Part shown: positions 30,358 to 41,099 of the stretch, piece by piece
How positions within the stretch are numbered: position 1 is the stretch's first letter
Layout of the letters: each line of letters opens with the position of its first letter
Assembly (NCBI GenBank): GCA_046290225.1
Contig: JBKAGE010000080.1
Location: 1-64,000, forward strand
From: Bradymonadia bacterium
Lineage (GTDB): Bacteria > Myxococcota_A > Bradymonadia > UBA7976 > UBA1532
Length of the DNA stretch: 64,000 bases
Direction of reading: 5' to 3'
Translations under genes and position numbers: made by a program
The notes under the pieces: model-generated
What the model saw: the letters and a program-made list of their open reading frames with translations, nothing else
What the model was told of the DNA's origin: nothing
Database searches by the model: none

Positions 30358-33300
30358 ATGAGCCCCCCCGATCCGAGCCCCACAATCGACCCTGGCTCGA
30401 CCACCCAGCCTGCACTCGAGGGGCCGAGCCGCTCGGTCCGCTTCGTCACCGCCGCCAGCCTCTTCGACGGCCATGACGCCTCGATCAACATCATGCGGCG
30501 CATTCTGCAGGCCAAGGGTGCCGAGGTGATCCACCTGGGTCACGATCGGGCGGTGCAGGATCTCGTGGAGGCCGCCATCGAAGAGGACGCCGACGGCGTC
30601 GCGGTGTCGTCCTACCAGGGCGGCCACATGGAGTACTTCACCTACCTCGTCGACCAGCTCGCCGCCCGGGGGCGGCCCGACATCAAGGTCTTCGGCGGTG
30701 GCGGTGGCACCATCACCGACAAGGAGATCGCCGAGCTGCACCGCCGCGGGGTCACCCGCATCTATTCCGTGGAAGACGGCCGCCGCTTGGGCCTCGAGGG
30801 CATGATCCAGGACATGATCGATCAGGCCCGGGCCACCGCCACCACCCCGCTGAGTGTGGTCCCGCTGCCCAGCGGCCTCGTCGAGGGTGATCCGGCCACG
30901 GTGGCCCGCACCCTCACCGCCCTCGAAGATCTGCACGCCGCCGAGGACACCACGACGCTGAGCCGCTTCCGAGAAGCGGTGAACGCACACCTTGGCGACA
31001 CGCGCCCCCTCGTTCTGGGCATCACCGGGGTCGGCGGCGCCGGCAAGTCGTCCCTCACCGACGAGCTGGTGCGCCGCATCAAGGGCGCCTTTCCCGATCG
31101 CTCTGTGGCGGTGCTCTCTGTCGATCCGTCTCGGCGTCGTACGGGTGGCGCTCTGCTCGGTGATCGCATCCGCATGAACACGGCGACGGGCGCTCGGGTC
31201 TTCATGCGCTCGATGGCCACCCGGCAGGCCAACGCCGCGGTGCCGGTCACCGTGGCCAGTGCCCTGCTGGCCCTGAAGGCCGCCCGCTTCGACTTGGTGA
31301 TCCTCGAGACCGCGGGCATCGGCCAGAGCGGCAGCGAGGTCACTGATCTCAGCGATGTGTCGCTCTATGTGATGACCCCGGAGTTCGGCGCCCCCACCCA
31401 GCTCGAGAAGATCGACATGCTCGATTACGCCGACGTGGTGGCGGTGAACAAAGCCGACAAGCGCGGGGCCACGGACGCGGTGAAGTACGTGGCCAAGCAG
31501 GTTCAGCGCAACCGCGGCGACTTCAGCACCCTACCGTCGCAGATGCCGGTCTTCGGCTGCATCGCCAGCCGCTTCGGCGACGCCGGCGTCGACGCCCTCT
31601 TCGGTCATCTGATGAGCATCCTGAACACCCGCAGCGCCCAATGGTCGGTTCCCCCCGCAGGGGAGCGGGCCCCGGACATGCCCGTGGTGGTGCCCCCGGC
31701 GCGCGTGCGCTACCTGTCCGAGATCGCCGGCGCGGTCCGTGGTCATCACGCCTGGACCTCGACACAGGCCCAGCGGGCGGCCACCGCCGACGGTCTGCGG
31801 CGCACCCTCGCCGATCTCGGCGACGTGGTGCCCGAGGTGGGCCAGCTCTACGCTGACGATCTGCTTGAGACTGGGGCAAGCCCCGAGGTGCTGATGCTGC
31901 GCAAGCGCTACAACGAGCGCCTGGGCCAGCTCGACGCTGACTGCCGCAAGATGCTGGCGGAGATCCCCGACCTCAAGGCCCGCTACCGCGCTCCGCAGAA
32001 CCACTACAGCGTGCGCGGGCGTACCTTCGAGGTGGAGAACTACACCGAGAGCCTCAGCGGGAACGACATCGCCAAGGTGGCCCTGCCCCAGACCGAGGAC
32101 TGGGGCGATCTGATGCGCTGGGTGCTCACAGAGAACGTACCTGGGGCCTGGCCGTACACCGCGGGGGTGTTCCCCTACAAGCGCACCGGCGAAGATCCCA
32201 CGCGCATGTTCGCCGGCGAGGGCACCCCGGAGCGGACCAATCGCCGGTTCCACTATCTGTCCCGAGGCAGCGCCGCAGCCCGGCTGTCGACGGCCTTCGA
32301 CTCGGTGACGCTCTACGGTCGTGATCCTGCTCTGCGCCCCGACATTTACGGCAAGGTGGGCAACTCCGGGGTGAGCGTGGCCACCCTGGACGACGCCAAG
32401 CGTCTGTACTCGGGCTTCGATCTCACCGCCCCCACCACCAGCGTGTCGATGACCATCAACGGCCCAGCGCCGATCATCCTGGCGATGTTCTTCAACACCG
32501 CCATCGATCAGGCGGTGGAGCGCCGGCTCAAAGAGACGGGTCGCTGGGCTGAGGCTCAAGAGAAGATCAAAGCCCTCACACCTCACGATCCGGCTTACCG
32601 CACTGACCTGCCCGAGGGGCACAACGGCGAAGGGCTGGGCCTGCTCGGCGTGAGCGGTGATCAGCTGCTGAGCGCGGAAGAGTACGCCGAGGTGCGCGCC
32701 GCCACCCTCACCCAGGTGCGGGGCACGGTGCAGGCCGACATTTTGAAAGAGGATCAGGCTCAGAACACCTGCATCTTCAGCACCGACTTCGCCCTGAAGA
32801 TGATGGGCGACATTCAAGCGTGGTTCATCGACCACGGGGTGCGCAACTTCTACTCGGTGTCGATCAGCGGCTATCACATCGCCGAGGCAGGGGCGAACCC
32901 CATCAGCCAGCTGGCCTTCACCCTGGCCAACGGCTTCACCTTCGTGGAGTACTATCGGGCCCGAGGCATGCAGGTGGACGACTTCGCCCGCAACCTCAGC
33001 TTCTTCTTCAGCAACGGCGTCGACCCGGAGTACGCGGTCATCGGTCGAGTGGCCCGCCGCATCTGGGCGGTGGCCATGAAGAAGCTCTATGGCGCCGGCC
33101 CCCGCAGCCAGCAGCTGAAGTATCACATCCAGACGTCGGGCCGCTCGCTCCACGCTCAGGAGATCGACTTCAACGACATCCGCACCACGCTGCAGGCCCT
33201 CTACGCCCTGGCAGACAACTGCAACAGCTTGCACACCAACGCCTACGATGAGGCCATCACCACGCCCACGGAGGCCTCGGTCCGGCGGGCCCTGGCGATC

Positions 33301-33819
33301 CAGCTCATCATCAACCGCGAGCTGGGCATGATGAAGAACGAGAACCCCTTCCAGGGCAGCTACTTCATCGAGCAGCTCACCGATCTCGTAGAAGAGGCGG
33401 TGCTCAAAGAGTTCGACCGCATCACGGATCGCGGTGGGGTGCTCGGCGCCATGGAGGTGATGTACCAGCGGGGCAAGATCCAAGAGGAGAGCCTGCTCTA
33501 CGAGAGCCGTAAGCACAGCGGTGAGATGCCCATCATCGGGGTGAACACCTTCCTGGATCCCAATCCCTCGGAGGGCGTCGTGGAGGTGGATCTGATCCGA
33601 TCCACTGAAGCAGAGAAGCAGGCGCAGATCGACGGGGTGCAAACGTTCCAACAACGCGATGCTGATCGCTCTGCCAAGGCCCTCGAGCGCCTGAAGCGCG
33701 TGGCCTGGTCAGGTGGCAATGTCTTCGCCGAGCTGATGGAGACGGTGAAGTGGTGCTCTCTGGGGCAAATCTCCGAGGCCCTCTTCGAGGTGGGCGGTCA
33801 GTACCGCCGGAACATGTGA
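30358..33819 (+). CDS. icmF: Fused isobutyryl-CoA mutase/MeaB GTPase IcmF
   Basis: B12-binding [17 protein letters not shown]-loop GVGGAGKSS, mutase motifs [22 protein letters not shown] and [16 protein letters not shown]. Confidence 0.95.
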   Translation: MSPPDPSPTIDPGSTTQPALEGPSRSVRFVTAASLFDGHDASINIMRRILQAKGAEVIHLGHDRAVQDLVEAAIEEDADGVAVSSYQGGHMEYFTYLVDQLAARGRPDIKVFGGGGGTITDKEIAELHRRGVTRIYSVEDGRRLGLEGMIQDMIDQARATATTPLSVVPLPSGLVEGDPATVARTLTALEDLHAAEDTTTLSRFREAVNAHLGDTRPLVLGITGVGGAGKSSLTDELVRRIKGAFPDRSVAVLSVDPSRRRTGGALLGDRIRMNTATGARVFMRSMATRQANAAVPVTVASALLALKAARFDLVILETAGIGQSGSEVTDLSDVSLYVMTPEFGAPTQLEKIDMLDYADVVAVNKADKRGATDAVKYVAKQVQRNRGDFSTLPSQMPVFGCIASRFGDAGVDALFGHLMSILNTRSAQWSVPPAGERAPDMPVVVPPARVRYLSEIAGAVRGHHAWTSTQAQRAATADGLRRTLADLGDVVPEVGQLYADDLLETGASPEVLMLRKRYNERLGQLDADCRKMLAEIPDLKARYRAPQNHYSVRGRTFEVENYTESLSGNDIAKVALPQTEDWGDLMRWVLTENVPGAWPYTAGVFPYKRTGEDPTRMFAGEGTPERTNRRFHYLSRGSAAARLSTAFDSVTLYGRDPALRPDIYGKVGNSGVSVATLDDAKRLYSGFDLTAPTTSVSMTINGPAPIILAMFFNTAIDQAVERRLKETGRWAEAQEKIKALTPHDPAYRTDLPEGHNGEGLGLLGVSGDQLLSAEEYAEVRAATLTQVRGTVQADILKEDQAQNTCIFSTDFALKMMGDIQAWFIDHGVRNFYSVSISGYHIAEAGANPISQLAFTLANGFTFVEYYRARGMQVDDFARNLSFFFSNGVDPEYAVIGRVARRIWAVAMKKLYGAGPRSQQLKYHIQTSGRSLHAQEIDFNDIRTTLQALYALADNCNSLHTNAYDEAITTPTEASVRRALAIQLIINRELGMMKNENPFQGSYFIEQLTDLVEEAVLKEFDRITDRGGVLGAMEVMYQRGKIQEESLLYESRKHSGEMPIIGVNTFLDPNPSEGVVEVDLIRSTEAEKQAQIDGVQTFQQRDADRSAKALERLKRVAWSGGNVFAELMETVKWCSLGQISEALFEVGGQYRRNM

Positions 33820-33866
33820 GACTGACGATGTATCCGCAATCAGGTGGCCCCACTGAGCCCCCGATC

Positions 33867-34127
33867 ATGCTGCGCAGCTTGCGCTATGCGCTCATCAGCT
33901 TCTTCGTCTGCGCCATCGTGGTGGCGGGGCTGGTGACGCCCTTTCGGGATCTGGTCATCGGCAACCGCACGCTGTCGATGCTGATGATGATGGCCCCCCT
34001 CATCATCAGCTTCCCCTTTGCCTTTGCTGTGGGGTTGATGGCCCGGAAGCACAATCTGACGTTGTTCCCGGCCATGGGGGCGGTGTTTCGGGTGATTACG
34101 TTTCGTAAGGCGGTGAAGGGGGGCTGA
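33867..34127 (+). CDS. Small two-TM hypothetical membrane protein
   Basis: Two hydrophobic segments; start 33867 or 33828. Confidence 0.55.
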   Translation: MLRSLRYALISFFVCAIVVAGLVTPFRDLVIGNRTLSMLMMMAPLIISFPFAFAVGLMARKHNLTLFPAMGAVFRVITFRKAVKGG

Positions 34128-34129
34128 GG

Positions 34130-34468
34130 GGGCGCTCCGCGGGTAAGAGAGTTTGTCGGGCACGGGCACGGGCACGGGCACGGGCACGAGTTGATACATA
34201 CCTGGACCGGTGGCCCTTCCTGGATTCAGGGCGCAGGTTGTCATTGAGGCTGAGATGGTGCGCTTCAGAACAGCCTGAGAATTCAGGTCTTGGGGTGTAT
34301 GGAGGTCAAAAGCCTCCATTGAGAAGTAGGTGGGGCCAAGCAGAGCCTCCACCATCCCAAACCTACGAGCAGAGTCATACAGGGCCACCGGTCCAGGTAT
34401 GTATCAACTCGTGCCCGTGCCCGTGCCCGTGCCCGTGCCCGAAAAACTCTCTTACCCGCGGAGCGCCC
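34130..34468 (-). mobile_element. GTGCCC-arm palindromic element (copy 4, internal spacer reversed)
   Basis: 88-bp inverted arms at 34130-34217 and 34381-34468 with one mismatch; spacer is a reverse-complement homolog of the other copies. Confidence 0.9.
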
Positions 34469-34537
34469 TCCACAACACCAAACCACCCACCCCCCTCACG
34501 AAATTGACGCCAAGAGCAGATCACCCACACTGCCCCC

Positions 34538-35731
34538 ATGGCACCTTCCCACCCGTTCAAACGTTGGACCGCCGGCTTCGCTGCCAGCGTCGCCATGGTG
34601 GTGGCCACCTTCGTGCCCTGGGCCCCTGGAGACGGCAGCTTCGGGATGCACGAGGGCATCGCCGGGGCCCCAGGCGTGCGATTTCTCGCTGGGCAGATCG
34701 CCCTCGGCACCGGCGTACTCTCACTGGCCCTGTGGTTGCTCAGTCGCGCCCGCCTCGGGGGGCTGATGGCCCTCGCTGGTGGCGCCACGGCGATGTGTGG
34801 GCTGGGCTTCGTGCCCACGCTGAGCCTCGGTGGCGAGCCGCTCTGGGGATTCTGGCTCTATGTCGTCACCGCGGGCCTGGCGACGGTGCTCTCCGTCAGC
34901 CAGCCGCTGCGCAGCAAAGCCGACGTGCGGGCCCTCAAAGACACCATCGACCATCGGCTCAACCCCCAGACGGGTGACAGCCGCTTCGTCGACACCCTCA
35001 TCATCACCCTCATCGCCATCAACATCGTGCTGGTGATGTTGGAGACAGAGCCGGAGATTGCCCACCAGTACGGCCCGAGCTTTCTCGTGGCGGAGACGAT
35101 CTCCACCTGGGTATTCGCCGTAGAGTATCTGCTGCGGGTGTGGGTGGTGGACGTCACTGACGATCGCCGCATGCCCCGGCTGCGCTATATGTTCAGCGTG
35201 ATGGCCATCATCGACCTGGTGGCCATCGCCCCGTTCTTCTTGCAGTTCATGCAGATGGACCTCCGCATCGCCCGGGCGATCCGCCTGATGCGTCTGCTCC
35301 GCATCTTGAAGATGGGCCGCTACGCCCGGGCGGTCCGCACCCTGGCCAACGTGGTGGTGAGCAAGCGCGAGGAGCTGGCGATCTCCACCTTCGTGAGCTC
35401 GATGGTGCTGATCTTGTCGGCGAGCGCGATGTACTTCGCGGAGCACGAGGCCCAGCCGGAGGCGTTCCGCAGCATCCCCTCGACGATGTGGTGGGCGGTG
35501 GTGACGCTGACGAGCGTGGGCTACGGAGATGTGTCGCCGGTGACGGGGGTCGGGCAGCTCATCGGGGCGGTGGTCTGCTTGTCGGGGGTGCTGCTGGTGG
35601 CCCTGCCCACGGGCATTCTGGCCTCGGGCTTTCTGGAAGAGATGCGCCGTCAGCGCATGGGCAACGAGAGCGAAGTGTTCGGGTTCTGCCCTCACTGCGG
35701 GAAGAGGCTGCTGCCTCATGAGGAGGATTGA
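34538..35731 (+). CDS. Voltage-gated potassium channel (ion transporter) with extra N-terminal TMs
   Basis: S4 RIARAIRLMRLLRILK; pore WWAVVTLTSVGYGD; C-terminal CPHCG. Confidence 0.9.
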   Translation: MAPSHPFKRWTAGFAASVAMVVATFVPWAPGDGSFGMHEGIAGAPGVRFLAGQIALGTGVLSLALWLLSRARLGGLMALAGGATAMCGLGFVPTLSLGGEPLWGFWLYVVTAGLATVLSVSQPLRSKADVRALKDTIDHRLNPQTGDSRFVDTLIITLIAINIVLVMLETEPEIAHQYGPSFLVAETISTWVFAVEYLLRVWVVDVTDDRRMPRLRYMFSVMAIIDLVAIAPFFLQFMQMDLRIARAIRLMRLLRILKMGRYARAVRTLANVVVSKREELAISTFVSSMVLILSASAMYFAEHEAQPEAFRSIPSTMWWAVVTLTSVGYGDVSPVTGVGQLIGAVVCLSGVLLVALPTGILASGFLEEMRRQRMGNESEVFGFCPHCGKRLLPHEED

Positions 35732-35798
35732 GGGCCTTTCCCGATCGGTCCTATGAGGCTCTTGAGTTGGATGACTGGCTTTCCCTCAGAAGTTTACC

Positions 35799-35827
35799 GT
35801 ACACTTGTCAGTACGCTTGAACGTACT
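35799..35827. promoter_or_regulatory. Putative TA autoregulatory operator
   Basis: GTAC at 35799, 35811 and 35823 (12-bp period), including the AGTACG-N6-CGTACT palindrome, just upstream of the antitoxin. Confidence 0.6.
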
Positions 35828-35843
35828 CTTAAGGGCACTCAGG

Positions 35844-36128
35844 ATGTCGAGAATCCCTGCCATCATCCCAGTCACTGATCTCAGGCAAGACTCTGCTGCA
35901 GTGCTTGAGAAGCTCAAACACTCTGACGAACCTGTCGTCATCACCCAACGCGGCCGCGCAGCGGCTGTTTTGCTCGATGTCGATGCATACGAGCGCCTGG
36001 CCAACGAGCGCGATCTACTTCTGGCCCTCGCCGAGGGTGAGCGGGCAATTCGTAGGGGTGAGGTTTCAACGGCCAAAGAGGTATTCGACGACTTGGATAC
36101 GTTGTTTGATGAGGACGCACCCGAGTGA
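35844..36128 (+). CDS. Phd/YefM family antitoxin
   Basis: IIPVTDLRQ...EPVVITQRGRAAAVLLDVDAYE. Confidence 0.9.
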   Translation: MSRIPAIIPVTDLRQDSAAVLEKLKHSDEPVVITQRGRAAAVLLDVDAYERLANERDLLLALAEGERAIRRGEVSTAKEVFDDLDTLFDEDAPE

Positions 36129-36412
36129 AGAAAGTTGTCTTCGCTGACCCAGCTCGCAAAGCGCTCATTGCACAGCTCAAGTACATACGTCAGCGCAATC
36201 CCAACGCAGCTCGCCGGATCAAGGACGAGGTCAAACAGGCCACCCTACGGCTATCAGAGTCTCCACACTCGGGACGCCCACTCTCAGAGTTTCCGCACGC
36301 CCAATATCGCGAAGTCATTGTAAGGCCGCTGAGGTTGTTCTATCGGCTAGAGGATGATGTTGTACTCATTGTAGCCGTTTGGCATACGTCACAATCCGCT
36401 GATGAACCGTGA
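36125..36412 (+). CDS. ParE/RelE family toxin
   Basis: GTGA overlap with the antitoxin; YIRQRNPNAA...PHSGR...REVIVRPLRLFYR...VAVWH. Confidence 0.88.
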   Translation: MKKVVFADPARKALIAQLKYIRQRNPNAARRIKDEVKQATLRLSESPHSGRPLSEFPHAQYREVIVRPLRLFYRLEDDVVLIVAVWHTSQSADEP

Positions 36413-36432
36413 GACGACTATCCAGACAACAG

Positions 36433-37125
36433 TCAACCAACATCAGAGCCCTCCTCAAAGGCCATAGAATTCAGAGTGCGATGAAGCATACTCCAATCAA
36501 GTTCAAGCCGGCCGTCTCTACATACATAGTAGTCACCCCCCAAAGACTCATAGGCGGAATGACGGTTTGAGGACAGAGGGTTCCAGAGACCAGCGAATCC
36601 AGGCCAAACGATTTCAGCTTCTCCAGACTTCATGAGAGTTCCCAAGCGCTCACGCCTTGCAGGCGTTGACTCTTGAGAGAGTGCGGTATGAGGCAAAAGC
36701 TGCATCTCATACAAGCAATAACTTACGAGAAAAGACGAAAGGCTCTCAGACAAAATAACACGTTTTGACGCCCTTCTTTCTTCAGAATCTACGCATCCTG
36801 ACTCGTAGCCACTGCAGTCACTCACCCATACCGGTGGGTCTTCTCCATAGGGAAGAGTGCCACATGACCAAACACACTGGTTCTCGAGGGCAAATATCAG
36901 TTCACCGCTTGAGCTGGGTTGCCAGAGAACAAATTCATTCTGCATGCCCAGTACCGATTCAGCAGCGGGGTGAATGCTCTGAGGCGGCGACCACCGAAGC
37001 GCATACCCATACAACCGCCTCAATGGCATCGGTAGTTGATACTTGTCCAACTCTTCAGACGGTACGCCATACTCGGGCTTCCACGGCCCGAGCCACCACG
37101 CCATGAACGCGCACAGCGCGTCCAT
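36433..37125 (-). CDS. SMI1/KNR4 (SUKH)-like hypothetical protein
   Basis: LPMPLRRLY...QN...IFALENQCVW...DPPVW...SLSSFL pattern; visibly AT-richer than neighbours. Confidence 0.55.
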   Translation of the reverse strand: MDALCAFMAWWLGPWKPEYGVPSEELDKYQLPMPLRRLYGYALRWSPPQSIHPAAESVLGMQNEFVLWQPSSSGELIFALENQCVWSCGTLPYGEDPPVWVSDCSGYESGCVDSEERRASKRVILSESLSSFLVSYCLYEMQLLPHTALSQESTPARRERLGTLMKSGEAEIVWPGFAGLWNPLSSNRHSAYESLGGDYYVCRDGRLELDWSMLHRTLNSMAFEEGSDVG

Positions 37126-37193
37126 CCTCTCTGCGGCTGTCCTTGCCCCCCATCAAATCCGGGCGCTCGCCCATGCCCCACCTCCCGGTCAGC

Positions 37194-38219
37194 TCACCAG
37201 CGGCCCTGAATGTTGCCCATGAAGTTGTAGGGATACCCAGGCTCCACGGCGCTCGCGTCGTCGAGGGCCTTCATCTGCGCCTCCGTCAGCTTCAGATCAC
37301 CCGCAGGCAGGTTGTCTTCCAGCTGAGCCACTGAGCGAGCGCCGAAGATCACCGAGGTCACCGCAGGCTTGTGCAGGAGCCACGCCAGCGACACCTGGGC
37401 CGGCGTCGACTCTGTCTCTGCGGCCACAGCGTCCACCGCGGCGAGGATCTTCCAGTTCCGCTCCGAATCCATGCGGGCGTAGCGATCCTTCCAGTGCTCC
37501 AGGCGGGCGCCCGCAGGAGGCTCTTGCCCCTTGCGGTATTTCCCTGTGAGGAACCCGCTCGCCAGCGGAGACCAGGGGATGATGCCCAGGCCCCACTGCT
37601 CGCTCAGAGGCACATGCTCTCTCTCGAGGCCTCGCTCCAACAGGCTGTATTGCATCTGCAGGGCCACGTAGCGGTTCATGCGCTGATCGCGGCTCGTCCA
37701 GAGGCTGTCCACGAGACGATAGGCGGCGTAGTTACTCGCCCCGGTGTAGAGCACCTTGCCCTGGCGCACAAGATCGTCCAGGGCCCGGAGCGTCTCCTCC
37801 TCGGGCGTGTCCACGTCCTGCATGTGTATCTGATACAGGTCGATGTAGTCCGTCTTCAGGCGGCGCAGGCTGTCTTCACACGCCTTGATGATGCGACGAC
37901 GGCTCGCCCCAGTGCCCAGAGGGCCCGGGGCCATGCGGAACCGGCACTTGGTGGCCAGGACCACCTCGTCCCGACGGCCTGTGGCCTCGAACCAGTCGCC
38001 GATGACCCGCTCCGAGAGCCCCGCCTGGCCGTACACGTCGGCGGTGTCGAAGAAGTTCACCCCAGCGTCGAGGGCCCGGCTCATGATTTCGTGGCTGGTG
38101 GCGGCGGTGCTGCCCACCTTATGCATGAACGACGTCTCGTCGGCCTCGCCAAAGGTCATGGTCCCCAGGCACAGGGTCGACACCTTCAGGCCGCTGTGGC
38201 CCAGTCGTCGGTACTCCAT
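37194..38219 (-). CDS. Aldo/keto reductase
   Basis: LCLGTMTFG, DTADVY, LATK, IDLYQIH, PWSPLASGFLTGKY. Confidence 0.93.
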   Translation of the reverse strand: MEYRRLGHSGLKVSTLCLGTMTFGEADETSFMHKVGSTAATSHEIMSRALDAGVNFFDTADVYGQAGLSERVIGDWFEATGRRDEVVLATKCRFRMAPGPLGTGASRRRIIKACEDSLRRLKTDYIDLYQIHMQDVDTPEEETLRALDDLVRQGKVLYTGASNYAAYRLVDSLWTSRDQRMNRYVALQMQYSLLERGLEREHVPLSEQWGLGIIPWSPLASGFLTGKYRKGQEPPAGARLEHWKDRYARMDSERNWKILAAVDAVAAETESTPAQVSLAWLLHKPAVTSVIFGARSVAQLEDNLPAGDLKLTEAQMKALDDASAVEPGYPYNFMGNIQGRW

Positions 38220-38303
38220 CTCGCGCTCCTCAATGGTTCGCGGTGAACCATAGCGAGCCAGGGTTTCATTTGCGATGAAGCTGACAGTGTGGGTTGTCGG
38301 AGC

Positions 38304-38912
38304 TTACTTGAAGTCTTTGCGGGCCTTGTGTCGGCCATCGCACCAGGGCTTGTTCGCCGAGCGGCCGCAGCGGCAGAGAGTGCCGCGGTTCTCGGGCTGA
38401 CGCTCGTGCAACTCGGCGTTGATGGTGAAGGCCTCGAGGAGCCTGATCTCGCCACCCTCCATGATGTCGATGCTCACGCTCGGCACCTTGGCTTCGGGCT
38501 CTATGGCGTCGGGGGTCTTCACCTCGTAGCTCAGGGCGCCGGAGGGGCACTCCCCCACCACCTTCATGATCTCCGTCGCCGCGATGGCGTCGCCGGCCAG
38601 CTCGCGCTCTCGCAGCTCTTTGAGGGGCTTGCAGTAGAACACGTGCATGCAGGTGTTGGCGTTGAAGAAGGTGCGCAGGGTCTGGCCTTCCCACACCCGG
38701 ATCTCTTTCTGGGCCGGTGGCTCGCTGGTGCCCTTGAAGCCCACCTTGCTGTGTGATCCGTCACAGAACGGGGCGTTCTGACTCTCGCCACAACGACACA
38801 GATAGATGTCACCGTCGACTGGCACGGCGTTGCCGCAAAAATTCACAGTCTCAGCGTTGCTGACTTTGATGGGCCCATCAGGAATGACGAAGACATCGAT
38901 CTGCTCGGACAT
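38304..38912 (-). CDS. CDGSH iron-sulfur domain protein (two CDGSH motifs around a divergent ferredoxin-like domain)
   Basis: LCRCGESQNAPFCDGSH; CMHVFYC...CPSGAL; LCRCGRSANKPWCDGRH. Confidence 0.9.
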   Translation of the reverse strand: MSEQIDVFVIPDGPIKVSNAETVNFCGNAVPVDGDIYLCRCGESQNAPFCDGSHSKVGFKGTSEPPAQKEIRVWEGQTLRTFFNANTCMHVFYCKPLKELRERELAGDAIAATEIMKVVGECPSGALSYEVKTPDAIEPEAKVPSVSIDIMEGGEIRLLEAFTINAELHERQPENRGTLCRCGRSANKPWCDGRHKARKDFK

Positions 38913-39042
38913 GGTGACTCCCGTAAATGTCGCGCTGTGCCCGCCCTGGTCTTCAAGGGGGCAGAGGTAGGAGGCACCACGATCTGGAAAGTTGCAAGAA
39001 GAGACGCTGCGCTCACAGCAGGTGCTATGACAGGCAGATCTC

Positions 39043-40275
39043 TCAGTACGGATACAGCTTCGCCAGACGCGGATCAGCCTTCGTCACCTCCATGAGGCCA
39101 TCTTCCGTCTCGGTGCCCAACCACCAGAACCACTTCAGCTTCGGCAGAGCGCCGTCGGCGATCTGCTTCAGATGAGCCTTGCCAAAACCATTGCCGAACC
39201 GGATCCGCTCCAGCTTCTGCATGGATGGCGCCTGCAGCAGGGTCGTCACCCCCGCCTCAGTGAGCTGCGTGCCGACAATGTCGAGACCTGTCAGCTCGAT
39301 GCCCGTGTCGACAAGCGCTTGAGCATGGGCGTCGGTGAAGGGCGTGTTGTCGACCTTCACTGACTTGATGGTCTCCGGCAGCTTCGAAATGAGCGTGCTC
39401 AAACCGGCCTCGTTGAACCCTGTCTGCTCGATGTCGAGCAGCTCGAGGTTGGGCAGCTCACCAAGCCAGCTCTCGGGTGCCCGCCCGAGGGGGTTGTTGG
39501 GCATGTGCAACTCACGCATCTGCGACAGCGCCCCATCGGCCGCGAGGCAGGTGAAGGCCTCGTCGCTCAGCTCGTTGTATTCGAGGTTGATCCGCTCGAG
39601 AGACCTCAGCCACGACGCCCCAGCGAGGTGCTGTGCGCCTTCGAGGCCGATCCCGTTGAGGCCGAGATGCAGCGCCTTGAGGCCTTCGAGCCCAGGGGCC
39701 TTGGCCAGAGCTTTGGCGCCATCGGCGCGGATCCAGTTCTGGGTGAGCACGAGGCTCTCGAGGGCGGCCCAGTCGATCTTGGCGACGAGCTTGAGCTGTG
39801 TGGGCTTGAGCTCGCAGTACCACAGTCGGAACACCTTCCAGTGCTGCCACGGACCATCACCCTTGAAGAGCTTCAGGAACGTGCCTGGGGGCTTCACCTG
39901 ATCGAAGCCCACCTGTGCCACATTGCGCAACTCGGCGTCGGGGCTGATCACTTGGGGGAGCTTCTGATCCCGTAGAGGTCGCCGCGGGCTCTCCAGAATG
40001 CGGATCAACCGATGCTTGGGCTGATGGTTCCCGGTGTAGACCTCTTTGACCCAGTGCAATGGGGCACGGCGCATCTCGTAGTCAGGGCTGCCGTTGATGC
40101 CGGACCAGCCATCGACCCGGCTGGGCCAATGCTCGGATGCCTTCTCGAAGGCAATGACCGCACCAGCCTGCTTGCTCGCAGGCATCCGGTCGAAGATCTC
40201 GACGACCTTCTTCCACTTGTTGTTCTCGTACGTCGGCATGCCCTGGGCGAGCTGCTCAAGCTTCGTGATCGACAT
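39043..40275 (-). CDS. Leucine-rich repeat protein (RNI-like)
   Basis: L..L.L..N.I...GA..LA repeats. Confidence 0.8.
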   Translation of the reverse strand: MSITKLEQLAQGMPTYENNKWKKVVEIFDRMPASKQAGAVIAFEKASEHWPSRVDGWSGINGSPDYEMRRAPLHWVKEVYTGNHQPKHRLIRILESPRRPLRDQKLPQVISPDAELRNVAQVGFDQVKPPGTFLKLFKGDGPWQHWKVFRLWYCELKPTQLKLVAKIDWAALESLVLTQNWIRADGAKALAKAPGLEGLKALHLGLNGIGLEGAQHLAGASWLRSLERINLEYNELSDEAFTCLAADGALSQMRELHMPNNPLGRAPESWLGELPNLELLDIEQTGFNEAGLSTLISKLPETIKSVKVDNTPFTDAHAQALVDTGIELTGLDIVGTQLTEAGVTTLLQAPSMQKLERIRFGNGFGKAHLKQIADGALPKLKWFWWLGTETEDGLMEVTKADPRLAKLYPY

Positions 40276-40340
40276 GTATCAACCTCTGTTCGGGTAAAGG
40301 GCACCGCGATGAGATGAGGGGTAGAATCTCGCGTTGGTGA

Positions 40341-41009
40341 TCAGCTGGGCATGACGTTGGGGCCGCCTTTGGCCTCGGCCTCCTGGTAGCCAGCGCGGGC
40401 CTGTACTCGCTCCAGCCAGCCCTTCAGCTTTGGGGTCTTGGTGCCTCCGCGATGCAAGAGCGCCTGAACCGGGTAGGACATCTGCACATCGGCGGCGCTG
40501 AAAGCAGCGCCGGCAAACCACGCGTGCTCCGTGAGGTGGGCTTCCATGAACTCGGTGTGCAGTGCCAGCTCGGGATCGGTGTAGGCCTCGTCCACCTTGG
40601 TCACGAGGGTCTTGGCGATGGGCTTGATGAAGAAGGGCAGTGGGGCCTTCTTGATGCGGTCGAAGATGAGCCGCACCAGCAGCGGCGGCATCAGCGAGCC
40701 TTCGGCGTAGTGCATCCAGTAGCGGTAGTGAGCCAGCGACTGGGCATCCGTGGGCTTGAGCTTGCCCCCACCAGGACCATCGACGAGGGCCTCGATGACC
40801 GCCCCGGACTCCGCCATCACTACACCGTCGATGACGACGATGGGCGCCTTGCCCAGCGCGTGCACCTCTCTGAGCGCCGGATCAGCCCGCATGGTCTCCG
40901 GGTGGCGCTCGTAGGTCTTGAGCGTGTACTCGAGGCCCAGCTCGGCGAGCAGCCACAAGATGCGGTGAGATCTGGACTTCTCGAGGTGATGAACGACGAT
41001 CTCGGCCAT
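40341..41009 (-). CDS. Glutathione S-transferase family protein
   Basis: SRSHRILWLL, HALGKAP, AESGAV, YAEGSLMP, FSAADVQM. Confidence 0.92.
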   Translation of the reverse strand: MAEIVVHHLEKSRSHRILWLLAELGLEYTLKTYERHPETMRADPALREVHALGKAPIVVIDGVVMAESGAVIEALVDGPGGGKLKPTDAQSLAHYRYWMHYAEGSLMPPLLVRLIFDRIKKAPLPFFIKPIAKTLVTKVDEAYTDPELALHTEFMEAHLTEHAWFAGAAFSAADVQMSYPVQALLHRGGTKTPKLKGWLERVQARAGYQEAEAKGGPNVMPS

Positions 41010-41099
41010 GGCCCGGCCTCTCCTTCGGTGTGTGATGTGCGGCGACGTTCACACGGGCTGTAGAGAGATCGCAAGGCCCCTTGCCTGTGGTGCGCGCTG

